Shown here: piece by piece, positions 1 through 8,760 of the stretch
Position numbering within the stretch: position 1 is the stretch's first letter
How the letters are laid out: the number at the start of each line of letters is the position of its first letter
IMG/VR virus record: IMGVR_UViG_3300027763_000037
Location: 32,001-96,000 of that record
DNA length: 64,000 bases
Reading direction: 5' to 3' (one strand)
From: a virus
Position numbers and translations under genes: made by a program
Notes under the pieces: model-generated
Databases searched by the model: none
The model's input: only the letters and a program-made list of their open reading frames with translations
Told to the model about the DNA's origin: nothing

Positions 1-280
1 TGTGTAGTGCAGACACGATTGTTGCATTTGTTGCTACGACTGAAACGCTTGTTCCAACATCAACTGTTGCAATAAACTTTAGTGCGTCAGCAGCATCTAC
101 TGAGTTGTCTGCAGGGACTGGTAGTGATGCAGGCGTTGCGATTGCTGATGCTGTAGTGTTTGCTACAGTGTCAAGCGATACAGCGACTGTCATTACAGCA
201 GCGTTTGCAGGCGTTGCTACGATTGTGCCAATCGTCATGGCTGCAACCATGGCTAGGGCGATTTTCTTAAATGAATTCAT
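1..280 (-). CDS. Secreted/surface protein with signal peptide (partial, runs off left edge)
   Basis: Not in ORF track. Manual translation MNSFKKIALAMVAAMTIGTIVATPANA-AVMTV... has a basic N-terminus, hydrophobic core and ANA cleavage site. AAGGAG RBS upstream. Confidence 0.8.
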   Translation of the reverse strand, partial: MNSFKKIALAMVAAMTIGTIVATPANAAVMTVAVSLDTVANTTASAIATPASLPVPADNSVDAADALKFIATVDVGTSVSVVATNATIVSALH

Positions 281-297
281 TCGGTATTTCTCCTTGT

Positions 298-2082
298 TTA
301 TAGTGTTTTTAGTCTGTCCAAATAGTCTTTTATATCTTCTATTTGGCTAGGCTTATATTGTATCACGTTCTCAGGTAGAGTGTCAAACTGATTAGGTCTA
401 TCCCTAAATGTATGAATATCTATCTCTGCATTATTATCTTTTGGGGTATGTGATATTGCCCCAAATATTGCTCCACACACAGCATCAGCCAAGTCCTTTG
501 ACTTTTTGCGTGGGTGGTCAACTCTATCATTTTTCATGATTTTTAACTGTGTCAATTCATCGAACAAAAGTTCAATTGCTGGCATGACTAATCTTTCCTC
601 ATACACAAGCATTGCCATATCCTCATAATGTTTTTTAGCAACAGAAACAGTATCAGTTCTCATTCCTACTTGCTTTAACTCATTTTGAATATCAAAAGAT
701 TGCCAACGGTCAAATGAAACCATTCCAATATCAAACCCAAGCCTTCTGAGGTTTTGTATCCACTGCTTTACCTCTGAGAGATTTACTGGGCCTTCCACCT
801 TTGGCTCCCACCAAACAACGGCATCTACTATGACAATTGGAGCAACCTGTTCGTAATTATTGATAACTTGTATGTTTACCCATTTTTCTACATGAGCAAT
901 AGCAACAGCACATTTATCGTGTTTCTGTGCAAGGTCAGCATGTACATAATATTTCTTAGTTGGATCTGGCTTAAATGATTCATCAAACCTTTTGAATGTA
1001 TCTATTGGGTTTCTTGATGTCATGCAGGCTCTAACTTTTTCATGCTGTTTAAAGAATGCATCGGATGCAAATGTTGGAACACATGCAAAACGCATCATCG
1101 CATCTCCAAGGTCGGTATAAAAAGCAATCTTAAAATCATCAATTTGTCTTGTTGGGTTTACTTCCCATGTAGGTCTTTTTAGTGCAAACACTCCTGGGTA
1201 TTTGTATGAGATGATATGATCTTCATCCCAGGAAATTTCCAAAGAATTGTTTGGGTCATCATCTGGAAGATCTGGATTAAGAACAAACTTGTGAGTTCTT
1301 TCAATTAATTCTTTTTCAAGAATTACGTCATCATACTTTTCTGAAATAAAGTCACCTGGATATCTTGGAAATGAAAGCAAAACAACCTTACCAAGATCAG
1401 GGAAACGAGAGTCTACTGATCCACGGAAAGCCTTATAAATATTCTCAGCAGTCTTTCCTTGTTCATTACCTGTTCCCACTTCAGATGCAAAACCAGAAAT
1501 CTCGTCAAGCACTGCAAGTAAAAGGTTTAAACCTTCATGAGATTCTCTTTCTGAGTGACCAGAATAAACAGTAATAGATTTATTAAACTCAACTGAGTCT
1601 GCTTTAGCATAATACTTTCCAGCAAACCAAGGGGACTTCTCAATCTTACTTTTAAAACCTTTAAAGAAAACATTCTTTGCTTGCTGTGCGTTAATAGCCA
1701 CATTGATAAGGTCAATAGCATCGCCAGATGGCTTACCAAAGTACTTTGCTGGGTCTTTAAGGCATAGAAGTTTGTATACGATATATGAGCATGCTACGGT
1801 TGATGTAAAGTCTTTTCCAGATCCCTTGCCGAGTTGCAGGATGATTTCATTTTTTGTGTACTTATCAAAGTATCTTGCTCCTTCTTCTTCGCCCATAATC
1901 TCCATAAGATCTTCTTTACGATATATCTGGCTCATGGCCTCGACAATGTCGTATTGAATATCAGAAAGTCCAGGTTGTCCAAGATACGCCTCGCCCTCAA
2001 CAAATGTCTTAGCATCTACTGGCATCTCTTCAAAATGATTATCCTTTAGTACCTCAAGAAACTCATTGAACATCGTGGACAA
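298..2082 (-). CDS. terL: Terminase large subunit
   Basis: Walker A LGKGSGKD, Walker B AVLDE, RNase H-like nuclease motifs HADLAQKHD and DHP..SKDLADAV. Confidence 0.92.
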   Translation of the reverse strand: MSTMFNEFLEVLKDNHFEEMPVDAKTFVEGEAYLGQPGLSDIQYDIVEAMSQIYRKEDLMEIMGEEEGARYFDKYTKNEIILQLGKGSGKDFTSTVACSYIVYKLLCLKDPAKYFGKPSGDAIDLINVAINAQQAKNVFFKGFKSKIEKSPWFAGKYYAKADSVEFNKSITVYSGHSERESHEGLNLLLAVLDEISGFASEVGTGNEQGKTAENIYKAFRGSVDSRFPDLGKVVLLSFPRYPGDFISEKYDDVILEKELIERTHKFVLNPDLPDDDPNNSLEISWDEDHIISYKYPGVFALKRPTWEVNPTRQIDDFKIAFYTDLGDAMMRFACVPTFASDAFFKQHEKVRACMTSRNPIDTFKRFDESFKPDPTKKYYVHADLAQKHDKCAVAIAHVEKWVNIQVINNYEQVAPIVIVDAVVWWEPKVEGPVNLSEVKQWIQNLRRLGFDIGMVSFDRWQSFDIQNELKQVGMRTDTVSVAKKHYEDMAMLVYEERLVMPAIELLFDELTQLKIMKNDRVDHPRKKSKDLADAVCGAIFGAISHTPKDNNAEIDIHTFRDRPNQFDTLPENVIQYKPSQIEDIKDYLDRLKTL

Positions 2083-2599
2083 CTGTAATCACCTCATTGT
2101 CTTTTGCAAATGAAGATAGTCTACGCATAATCTCATCACGAACCTGTGGATACTCAGAAGCAATATCTTTTAATATTGAAACAAGAACTTCTTGACGGCG
2201 CTCAATCTCCATCATTTCTTCTGCTAACTCTTTATTCTCAAGAAGACCAGCCTTTTGTAGCATGTCTATACGCTTAGACTCAATGTCCATAACAAGTTTA
2301 ATTGCTGCGGTCTTTGCACTAAGATTATTAGTCATTGATGCCTCATCAATAACCTCATATGTACGAGATACTAACTTACTATAGTGAGTATCTGCTGCTG
2401 CCAAGGCTTCTTTAGCACGAGCACGGATAGCATCATTTGCAGATGCCATAACTTTCCACTCATTAATAAGTGTAACAACTTTTGTTCTTGGTATGTCCAA
2501 CTGCTTTGAAATTACTGTAGGATCATTTCCTTTTAGGTATTCTTCTACAACAAGATTGACTTGATCAAGGTGCTTAACTAGGTCATCTTCAGTTGACAT
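2063..2599 (-). CDS. Putative terminase small subunit / HTH protein
   Basis: N-terminal HTH-like segment (ISKQLDIPRTKV), helical C-terminus, overlaps terL start. Confidence 0.55.
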   Translation of the reverse strand: MSTEDDLVKHLDQVNLVVEEYLKGNDPTVISKQLDIPRTKVVTLINEWKVMASANDAIRARAKEALAAADTHYSKLVSRTYEVIDEASMTNNLSAKTAAIKLVMDIESKRIDMLQKAGLLENKELAEEMMEIERRQEVLVSILKDIASEYPQVRDEIMRRLSSFAKDNEVITVVHDVQ

Positions 2600-2861
2600 T
2601 ATTTAACTCCCGTGCAATTTTTAGCAAGATTAAATAGCCAATCAGGTCATCAATATCGTTGTCACCAATAAAGGATCCACCTCTTGAAATCCTAGAAAGT
2701 TTATCATCAATGCGAACATGTAGTTGTTCAACATTGTCAGAGGTAGCAAAAATTCTAACGGGGTTAAGCGCTGAATCTCCATAAGACTTGTTTTTTGCAA
2801 TAAGCATTGACTTTATCTCATCACAGACCTGGCCAATAGTAAACTGTGTTTCTTCACTCAT
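2589..2861 (-). CDS. Nucleotide modification-associated domain (DUF1599/Nmad1-like) protein
   Basis: KNKSYGDS...RIDDKLSRI...DLIGYLIL signature; start placed at MSEET. Confidence 0.7.
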   Translation of the reverse strand: MSEETQFTIGQVCDEIKSMLIAKNKSYGDSALNPVRIFATSDNVEQLHVRIDDKLSRISRGGSFIGDNDIDDLIGYLILLKIARELNNVN

Positions 2862-2988
2862 AGTTTTCCTCTTCATCAAGTTCCCAATCAAACGTTTCTG
2901 GAATTCCTTTTAGTAAAGCAAATGCAAAACTAAAACCAACTGCACCTGCTACAGCAAGTGCAATAAGAGTCTTTTCAATTCTTTTCAT
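2854..2988 (-). CDS. Small membrane protein (44 aa)
   Basis: Manual ORF MKRIEKTLIALAVAGAVGFSFAFALLKGIPETFDWELDEEENYE fills the gap and overlaps both neighbours. Confidence 0.6.
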   Translation of the reverse strand: MKRIEKTLIALAVAGAVGFSFAFALLKGIPETFDWELDEEENYE

Positions 2989-3140
2989 CGCTTTGACTTC
3001 CTTAATCCAAATTTAGCAAGGTATACATAAATAGTTTCCACGCTTACTCCACACTCCTTAGCGATATCTTCTGGAGTTTTCTTATCCATATGATATCTTT
3101 TCTTAAGCCATAGTTCACTTGTATATAGTTTAGCAGTCAT
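2985..3140 (-). CDS. Small HTH DNA-binding protein (51 aa)
   Basis: Manual ORF MTAKLYTSELWLKKRYHMDKKTPEDIAKECGVSVETIYVYLAKFGLRKSKR has a classic HTH; ATGA overlap with next gene. Confidence 0.75.
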   Translation of the reverse strand: MTAKLYTSELWLKKRYHMDKKTPEDIAKECGVSVETIYVYLAKFGLRKSKR

Positions 3141-3144
3141 AAGG

Positions 3145-3741
3145 TTATTTGTCAACCCCTATCGCCTTGTTCCAGTTTGATAACGCCCAGTGGCCAATTC
3201 CACAAGCATCTGCTACATCGTTATCAGTAATAGTTCTATCATATATAGTGTTGATGTATCTTATTGTTCTTTGCTTTCTTAATTCTCTTTCGTGTGTTTT
3301 AATCCATGATTCTGACTTACCTGGATTTTGTGCTTTAATTATTAATTTTTCTTCTTTACTTATTTTTTTATTACCAATAAAATTCTGCCAAGTAATGGGA
3401 GCAACCTTGCCAATAACTTTTGTACCAACCTGACCAGCCGATCCAAGGATTGCTCCCTGGACTAAAGCAAGATCAGCAGCAGTTTTTGGACTATTCATAA
3501 ACACAGTATGTTCAATTATAATTGCTTCAAAGCCACCATAGTAATCAAAAAAGGCTCGTACCTTTTGCCCAGCATCCATAACCTTCTCGTATGTATCCTT
3601 ACCCTGAAAATTAATCTTTCCAACAGCGCCCAATGTTTTTTGTTGTGTATCAAACAAAGCAAAGGCAAAATTATTTGTACTAGCATCAATAGCACATATT
3701 GTCTTTGGCATAACCTCAAACCCCCATTTATTTTTCATCAA
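3145..3741 (-). CDS. ruvC: RuvC-like Holliday junction resolvase
   Basis: CAIDASTN, IIIE, DNDVADACGI acidic RNase H-fold motifs. Confidence 0.8.
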   Translation of the reverse strand: MMKNKWGFEVMPKTICAIDASTNNFAFALFDTQQKTLGAVGKINFQGKDTYEKVMDAGQKVRAFFDYYGGFEAIIIEHTVFMNSPKTAADLALVQGAILGSAGQVGTKVIGKVAPITWQNFIGNKKISKEEKLIIKAQNPGKSESWIKTHERELRKQRTIRYINTIYDRTITDNDVADACGIGHWALSNWNKAIGVDK

Positions 3742-4012
3742 ACATTGCCTTTATTTCTTTTAGTGTAAGATTAACTTCTTTTGGACTGACAATGCAAAAA
3801 CCGCAAAGTGGGTCGTCATTATATATTGACAACTGTACTTGGCAGTTTGAGCAAAGTCTTACCTTACCAATTCTTTTTTTACGCTTTGTGTAAACGTATC
3901 TTTGTGCAATATTTTCTTTTGTTGCAGAGTTTCTACATTCTGCAGAACAATATATCTGATAAGATATTTTTGTTTCAAAGTTTACATCACACCATTTGCA
4001 ATTCTTCACCAA
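3728..4012 (-). CDS. Zinc-finger hypothetical protein
   Basis: CxxC..YCSxxC..CxxC..CxxC. Confidence 0.65.
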   Translation of the reverse strand: MVKNCKWCDVNFETKISYQIYCSAECRNSATKENIAQRYVYTKRKKRIGKVRLCSNCQVQLSIYNDDPLCGFCIVSPKEVNLTLKEIKAMFDEK

Positions 4013-4811
4013 GAACCTCCAAGGATTTGAGTTTTACAACCCCTGTCCCTGCAGACTCACATGCCTTTTTAATTGGGCATGACTTGCAAATTTTTGAATT
4101 AGATCGATAATTTTTTGTTGGCAAAGTTTGATTTTCCCAATTTTTTCTTACCTCTCTCATCCAATCAAATGCCTGGTCTACCCACCGACGGTAATGATCG
4201 TTTACTTCTACAGGCAAAATAAGAAGTTCATGATTGTTTTTATTTTCATAAATCAATACTCCCTTTGCCTTTTTAAAAATTTTCATATAAATTAACAACT
4301 GCATAAGGTGACCGCTCTTTGCCTTATTTTTTGTTTTTCTATACTCAAATCCTTCATTCATCATTGTCTTAATTTCACCAATGAGTTCTTCTCCTTGCCA
4401 GTCAAGCATCACATCGCCATATCCAAAGATAGGAGGATCATCATATCTAACCTTAAACTCTGTAGTATCTTCGCCTTCATCATCTTTATAGATTTTTGCA
4501 ATTTTAGAATTCATCATTGCTGCCTGAATTCTTGCATGAGAAAGACTTCCAGCAGTCATATTTGCTGCGCTGTAGGCATCTGCATTATCTTCAAACATTT
4601 GACCATCAAAAGCCAGATACCAATACCTTGGGCACTCTCCATGACCAAAGGCAATAGTTGATGGCGCAAAAGTTTTCTTTGTTGTATGCTTATCAACTCT
4701 TTTTATAGTATATCCTTCTTGAATTTTTTGAATTAGCCCAGCAACATCCATAGGATGGATTGGCTGCTCTTCTGGCTTTATCATAATCGTGTGCAATAAA
4801 TTTTTTGTCAT
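3987..4811 (-). CDS. Cas4-like PD-(D/E)XK exonuclease
   Basis: ECPRYWY, GYGD, GEIKT, QLLIY and C-terminal CxxC-x5-C Fe-S staple. Confidence 0.8.
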   Translation of the reverse strand: MTKNLLHTIMIKPEEQPIHPMDVAGLIQKIQEGYTIKRVDKHTTKKTFAPSTIAFGHGECPRYWYLAFDGQMFEDNADAYSAANMTAGSLSHARIQAAMMNSKIAKIYKDDEGEDTTEFKVRYDDPPIFGYGDVMLDWQGEELIGEIKTMMNEGFEYRKTKNKAKSGHLMQLLIYMKIFKKAKGVLIYENKNNHELLILPVEVNDHYRRWVDQAFDWMREVRKNWENQTLPTKNYRSNSKICKSCPIKKACESAGTGVVKLKSLEVLGEELQMV

Positions 4812-4853
4812 TGTTATTATTCTCGTTTCTGTTAATCTAAGTATAGCAGAGAA

Positions 4854-5159
4854 TTACTTTGTTGTGTACTTTAATGCAGAAACAAGATTGTTAATTGCTT
4901 CGGCTGCGGTGTAGTATAAGTTCTTCTTTCCACGATCAGACTTATCTACATTTGCCATCCAGGTAGCCTTTAAGGCCATTTTTGCTGCAATTGCCTGAAG
5001 TCTAACTATCTCAACTGTTACAACATTTAAAGGAATATCTGGCTTTAAGATAACCTTGGCAATAAATGTAAGAGCAGTAGTAAGTTCTTCATCTTCCATG
5101 TAGTCTGCAATTTCAGACAGACCATTAATCATACTAATAGTGGTTGTATTTTCTGACAC
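4854..5159 (-). CDS. Hypothetical protein
   Basis: ORF with AGGAG RBS, colinear with neighbours. Confidence 0.65.
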   Translation of the reverse strand: MSENTTTISMINGLSEIADYMEDEELTTALTFIAKVILKPDIPLNVVTVEIVRLQAIAAKMALKATWMANVDKSDRGKKNLYYTAAEAINNLVSALKYTTK

Positions 5160-5168
5160 GCTGTACTC

Positions 5169-5954
5169 CTAGTAACCAGTTGTTGGAGGGACAACATTAT
5201 CACGAATTGCGTCTTCATTATACTGTTGCCATGCTTTTTTAAAATCTTCTCGTTCATTTAATGTCTTTGAGTAGTTTGCCCTTGCTTCACCATTTTTAAC
5301 TGGATCAATTGGATTAGTTAGTCCAGTAAATCTGTAGTTGCTGGTTGGGCAATAGTCAAGACTTAAAATTTCCAGAAACTCTCCTTCTTTCCAATTTCTT
5401 TGTGGTCTCCAGTGAATCTGATTTACAGCAGAAAAAATAATTGTTTGTCCAGGAGCAAGTGAGTATGTTTTGCCATCAATGATTAGGTCCCACACAATGT
5501 TGGAACCAAAATTGGTGTTTACTGTAATGAGGTTTTCATCTGCGTCAATGTGTGGCGGTAGCATTGGGTTATTTTTGCCCTCAGAAAAATCTAAGTTGTA
5601 TTCAATATAATTATAGTGGCAAAGAGCAATGTCTCCATTATAGAGTGGCTTAACAACATTATCAACTTTTTCTTCAATATGTTTTGGCATTATAAATTCA
5701 ATAAGTTGTCTAGACATATGAGTAATATTTTTTGGTCTAAATCTTCCTGCAGGAGTTGGATCTTCTTCATGCTGCTCATTTGGTCTATAAAATACTGGCT
5801 CAAGAGATTTTCCGTGATCAAAAATTGCACGAAGTTCTTCTGCATCTTCTAAAGTATAAATATCATCTGCATAAAATGGAAGTTCTTTGTTATATTTTTC
5901 CATTGTTGTTAGATATTGGTGCATTGGAGCGTTTTCTCTTTGTTGATTTTCCAT
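5169..5954 (-). CDS. 2OG-Fe(II) oxygenase-like protein
   Basis: PHID (HxD) ... NQIHWRP distal His; paralog of the next two genes. Confidence 0.7.
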   Translation of the reverse strand: MENQQRENAPMHQYLTTMEKYNKELPFYADDIYTLEDAEELRAIFDHGKSLEPVFYRPNEQHEEDPTPAGRFRPKNITHMSRQLIEFIMPKHIEEKVDNVVKPLYNGDIALCHYNYIEYNLDFSEGKNNPMLPPHIDADENLITVNTNFGSNIVWDLIIDGKTYSLAPGQTIIFSAVNQIHWRPQRNWKEGEFLEILSLDYCPTSNYRFTGLTNPIDPVKNGEARANYSKTLNEREDFKKAWQQYNEDAIRDNVVPPTTGY

Positions 5955-5957
5955 TTT

Positions 5958-6698
5958 TTATCCTCTTGTCTCGTTTTGTTTAATGCTTTGCTCTGCTTCA
6001 ATTCTGTTTCTTTCTTGCTCAAAACTATTATTACTTTCTTTATTTTGATATCTCATGGTGTCTGTAGATCTTATATCAGAATTAGAAGTCCATGGCTCAT
6101 CATTTTTTGACCACTCAGTCCATCTTTCTAATCCTATACGTCTCATATTATTGATATGTTCTACTGTTAAAGGATCTTCCATTCCTACAACTTTAAAATG
6201 ACAGAATATCATTTCCATATATTCTCCATCAATAAACTCTCTAACTGGTCTCCAATGAACTTGATGTGTGCCAGAAAATGTTAGAGCCTGATTATCTTTT
6301 AATGTGTAGGTTGACTCGCTACCAGAATTATCTACAGTTACGCCCCAGTCCATATTTGCCTTTAATTGTATGTCTAGTGTTATTCTTGGTGAATCAAATG
6401 CTTCGTCTGTATGAGGAAACAGCAAAGGCCAGTATGTATATTTTTGACAATTTGATTTTGTCTTTTCATATCTAGAAAAGTTGTACTCTGATAAAACTAC
6501 TTGTCTTCCATACATGTTACTAACTAGGTCTTCAAGTTTCTTTTCAATTTCTTTAGGAAGTTCTATATGCCACGTATTATATCCAAGGCTTTTTACAAAG
6601 TCTGTTTCTTTTGTTGATGAAACTATATTGTATATATCAGAAATTTCTTTTTCTGTAAATACTGTTTTTACTACTACATTTGCCAATTTATTTAACAT
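5958..6698 (-). CDS. 2OG-Fe(II) oxygenase-like protein
   Basis: PHTD...ITLDIQL...FSGTHQVHWRP; start placed at MLNKL after GGGGA RBS. Confidence 0.7.
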   Translation of the reverse strand: MLNKLANVVVKTVFTEKEISDIYNIVSSTKETDFVKSLGYNTWHIELPKEIEKKLEDLVSNMYGRQVVLSEYNFSRYEKTKSNCQKYTYWPLLFPHTDEAFDSPRITLDIQLKANMDWGVTVDNSGSESTYTLKDNQALTFSGTHQVHWRPVREFIDGEYMEMIFCHFKVVGMEDPLTVEHINNMRRIGLERWTEWSKNDEPWTSNSDIRSTDTMRYQNKESNNSFEQERNRIEAEQSIKQNETRG

Positions 6699-7305
6699 GG
6701 TGTTCCCCATTTCTATTCTGTATTCCATTATAAATATTATTAATCTTTTTCCTATGACTTTCTTTTGTGTCAAGTCGTAAATCAAAATATAGCATTTTTA
6801 CATACTCTCCATCATTCCAAATCCTCTTTGGCCTATAGTGGCTATATTCTAAAGGCTTTAAAAATAATGCAGAATTATCTTTAATAAAATGTAGTTCATC
6901 GTCAACTCCTATTGCCCAGTCTACTGTAGATTCTAACTGATAGTCTAGTATTAGAGAAGCCTTTCCTCCATCATAATGTGGGGCTAAGTCTGGAGTTCCA
7001 AATTTTGGATTATACTCTCCGTAAGTAACTGTATCATTCATTAAAACATATTCATTATTAGATTCTTTATCATTAACAATTGCATATATTTTTTCAATAA
7101 TATTTATAGGTATTTGAATTCCAGAGCATGTGGATCTTCCAAGTTGCTCTTGAATTTTTACTATTGTATCTACATAGGTATATTGACCATGGACTTCATC
7201 TATCCATTCAACATGCTCTCTCTTTGAGAGTTGCTCACTTATTGCCTGCTTCAGTTGGGCAACCTCTTCTTTAGAAAATACATTTTCAATGACTAATGAG
7301 TTCAT
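6688..7305 (-). CDS. 2OG-Fe(II) oxygenase-like protein
   Basis: IENVFS N-terminus, PHYD...LILDYQL...SHYRP. Confidence 0.7.
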   Translation of the reverse strand: MNSLVIENVFSKEEVAQLKQAISEQLSKREHVEWIDEVHGQYTYVDTIVKIQEQLGRSTCSGIQIPINIIEKIYAIVNDKESNNEYVLMNDTVTYGEYNPKFGTPDLAPHYDGGKASLILDYQLESTVDWAIGVDDELHFIKDNSALFLKPLEYSHYRPKRIWNDGEYVKMLYFDLRLDTKESHRKKINNIYNGIQNRNGEHHVK

Positions 7306-7312
7306 AGTTCTA

Positions 7313-7597
7313 TTATACCTTATCCACTAATTGTTCTAAAATAGACATTTCTATGACAGCAAGCCTCACCTTTGAGTTCCCCTCGCCAAGGGCAATAACA
7401 ATGGCTGGATCATTGCCATTTCTAATAGCATCAGTAGTGGCCTTTGCCCAAACCTCTTTATTTAAAGTAAAGGACTTTCCAACTTCTTTAAAGTCAACTG
7501 TAAAGTTTCCCCAGGTGGCATCTCCTTTATGTGTGCCACGGCCAGAGTTCTTATGCTGTTTAGCACCTATTCTCTTGGACTCACTCTTCTCTGTCAT
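7313..7597 (-). CDS. Hjc-like PD-(D/E)XK resolvase/endonuclease
   Basis: E..GA...NSG...KGDA...VDFKE; start placed at MTEKSE. Confidence 0.6.
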   Translation of the reverse strand: MTEKSESKRIGAKQHKNSGRGTHKGDATWGNFTVDFKEVGKSFTLNKEVWAKATTDAIRNGNDPAIVIALGEGNSKVRLAVIEMSILEQLVDKV

Positions 7598-7757
7598 TGC
7601 CCTTCCATTTCTGCTTACCAAATTTAACGGTACTTAGATGCTTATCTTTACACATCCAAGTCATCTCTTTAGTTTCTGCATAAAGCCTTAATGTTTTTAC
7701 TTCTATCTTACATGTATGGCAAACAAATTTACCTTGATAAATTGTATAGTTAGGCAC
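7581..7757 (-). CDS. Small zinc-ribbon protein (58 aa, GTG start)
   Basis: Manual ORF MPNYTIYQGKFVCHTC...WMCKDKH...; fills the gap between recA and the resolvase. Confidence 0.6.
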   Translation of the reverse strand: MPNYTIYQGKFVCHTCKIEVKTLRLYAETKEMTWMCKDKHLSTVKFGKQKWKGNDREE

Positions 7758-8760
7758 TTAGTTTAGCCTTGATTGATTCTTGCAAATCAAGATCCTCTCT
7801 TACACGATTAACAAATGCTTCTTTGCCCTGGACTTTTGAGCCGTCAGGAAGGATATACCAAGCACCTGTGCGTTCTACAATGCCATTTAGTTCAGCAGTA
7901 GTAACAAGATCACCGATGGTGTCAAGACCAATATCGTCACCTCTAAAATAAAAATCATACTCGCCAGATTGAAACCCTGGGGAGGTTTTTGAGAACTGGA
8001 GTTCCCACTTAATAGTTCTACCAATTTTTTCTTCAATTAGTTTATCTCCTACCTTGATCTTGCCCTTAATTGCTTGATTGTCTGACTCTGAAGAAAAGAG
8101 TTTAACAATACATGAGGAATAAAACTTAGTAGCCTGACCACCAGAAGGCTGCTGGCTAGTATACATAGCATTAATATTGTTACGAGACTGAGAAATAAGA
8201 ACAAGCAGAGTTGGCTTAACCTTATTGTTTGCATAGTTAAGCATTTTCCATGCGTTACTAAAGTCACGGGATTCGGCTCCAATCTGTTTAGTGTTTTCTA
8301 ATGCCTTCATTTCATCTGTATCTTTTTCAAAATAGATTGCAGGAAGCATTGATGTAATAGAGTCTACCACAATTAGGTCTACTCCAGCATTCATTAGTCC
8401 AACGCCAACATCTACCATGTCACTAATAGTTCTTGCTTGTGAGTAGATTAGTTTTTCTGGATCTACCCCAAGAGTTCTAGCCCAGTCTTCTGAGTATGAC
8501 ATTTCTGAATCAATCCACGCACACAGTTTACCTTCGGCTTGTGCTAGAGCAATCATCTGAAGGCACATAGAAGACTTTGCAGAGGACTTAGAGCCCCAGA
8601 TAAGAACTTGTCTACCATAAGGAAGACCTCCACCTAGTGCACGGTTTAGGCCATAACTAGGTGTTGGCTGATACTCATAGTTAACACCTACCCCGCTACC
8701 TAATTTCTTTCTTAATTTAGGATCAAGTTGTGCTAACGCTTCTTCTATACTAACTGACAT
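7750..8760 (-). CDS. recA: RecA-like recombinase
   Basis: LNRALGGGLPYGR, variant P-loop GSKSSAKS, WIDSE, VVDSI, SGGQATKFYSS, GAWY. Confidence 0.93.
   Translation of the reverse strand: MSVSIEEALAQLDPKLRKKLGSGVGVNYEYQPTPSYGLNRALGGGLPYGRQVLIWGSKSSAKSSMCLQMIALAQAEGKLCAWIDSEMSYSEDWARTLGVDPEKLIYSQARTISDMVDVGVGLMNAGVDLIVVDSITSMLPAIYFEKDTDEMKALENTKQIGAESRDFSNAWKMLNYANNKVKPTLLVLISQSRNNINAMYTSQQPSGGQATKFYSSCIVKLFSSESDNQAIKGKIKVGDKLIEEKIGRTIKWELQFSKTSPGFQSGEYDFYFRGDDIGLDTIGDLVTTAELNGIVERTGAWYILPDGSKVQGKEAFVNRVREDLDLQESIKAKLSA

Noticed and set aside
3987-4811. Cas4 as part of a CRISPR-Cas locus
   Set aside because: No other cas genes or array; solo Cas4-like nucleases are common in phage recombination modules.
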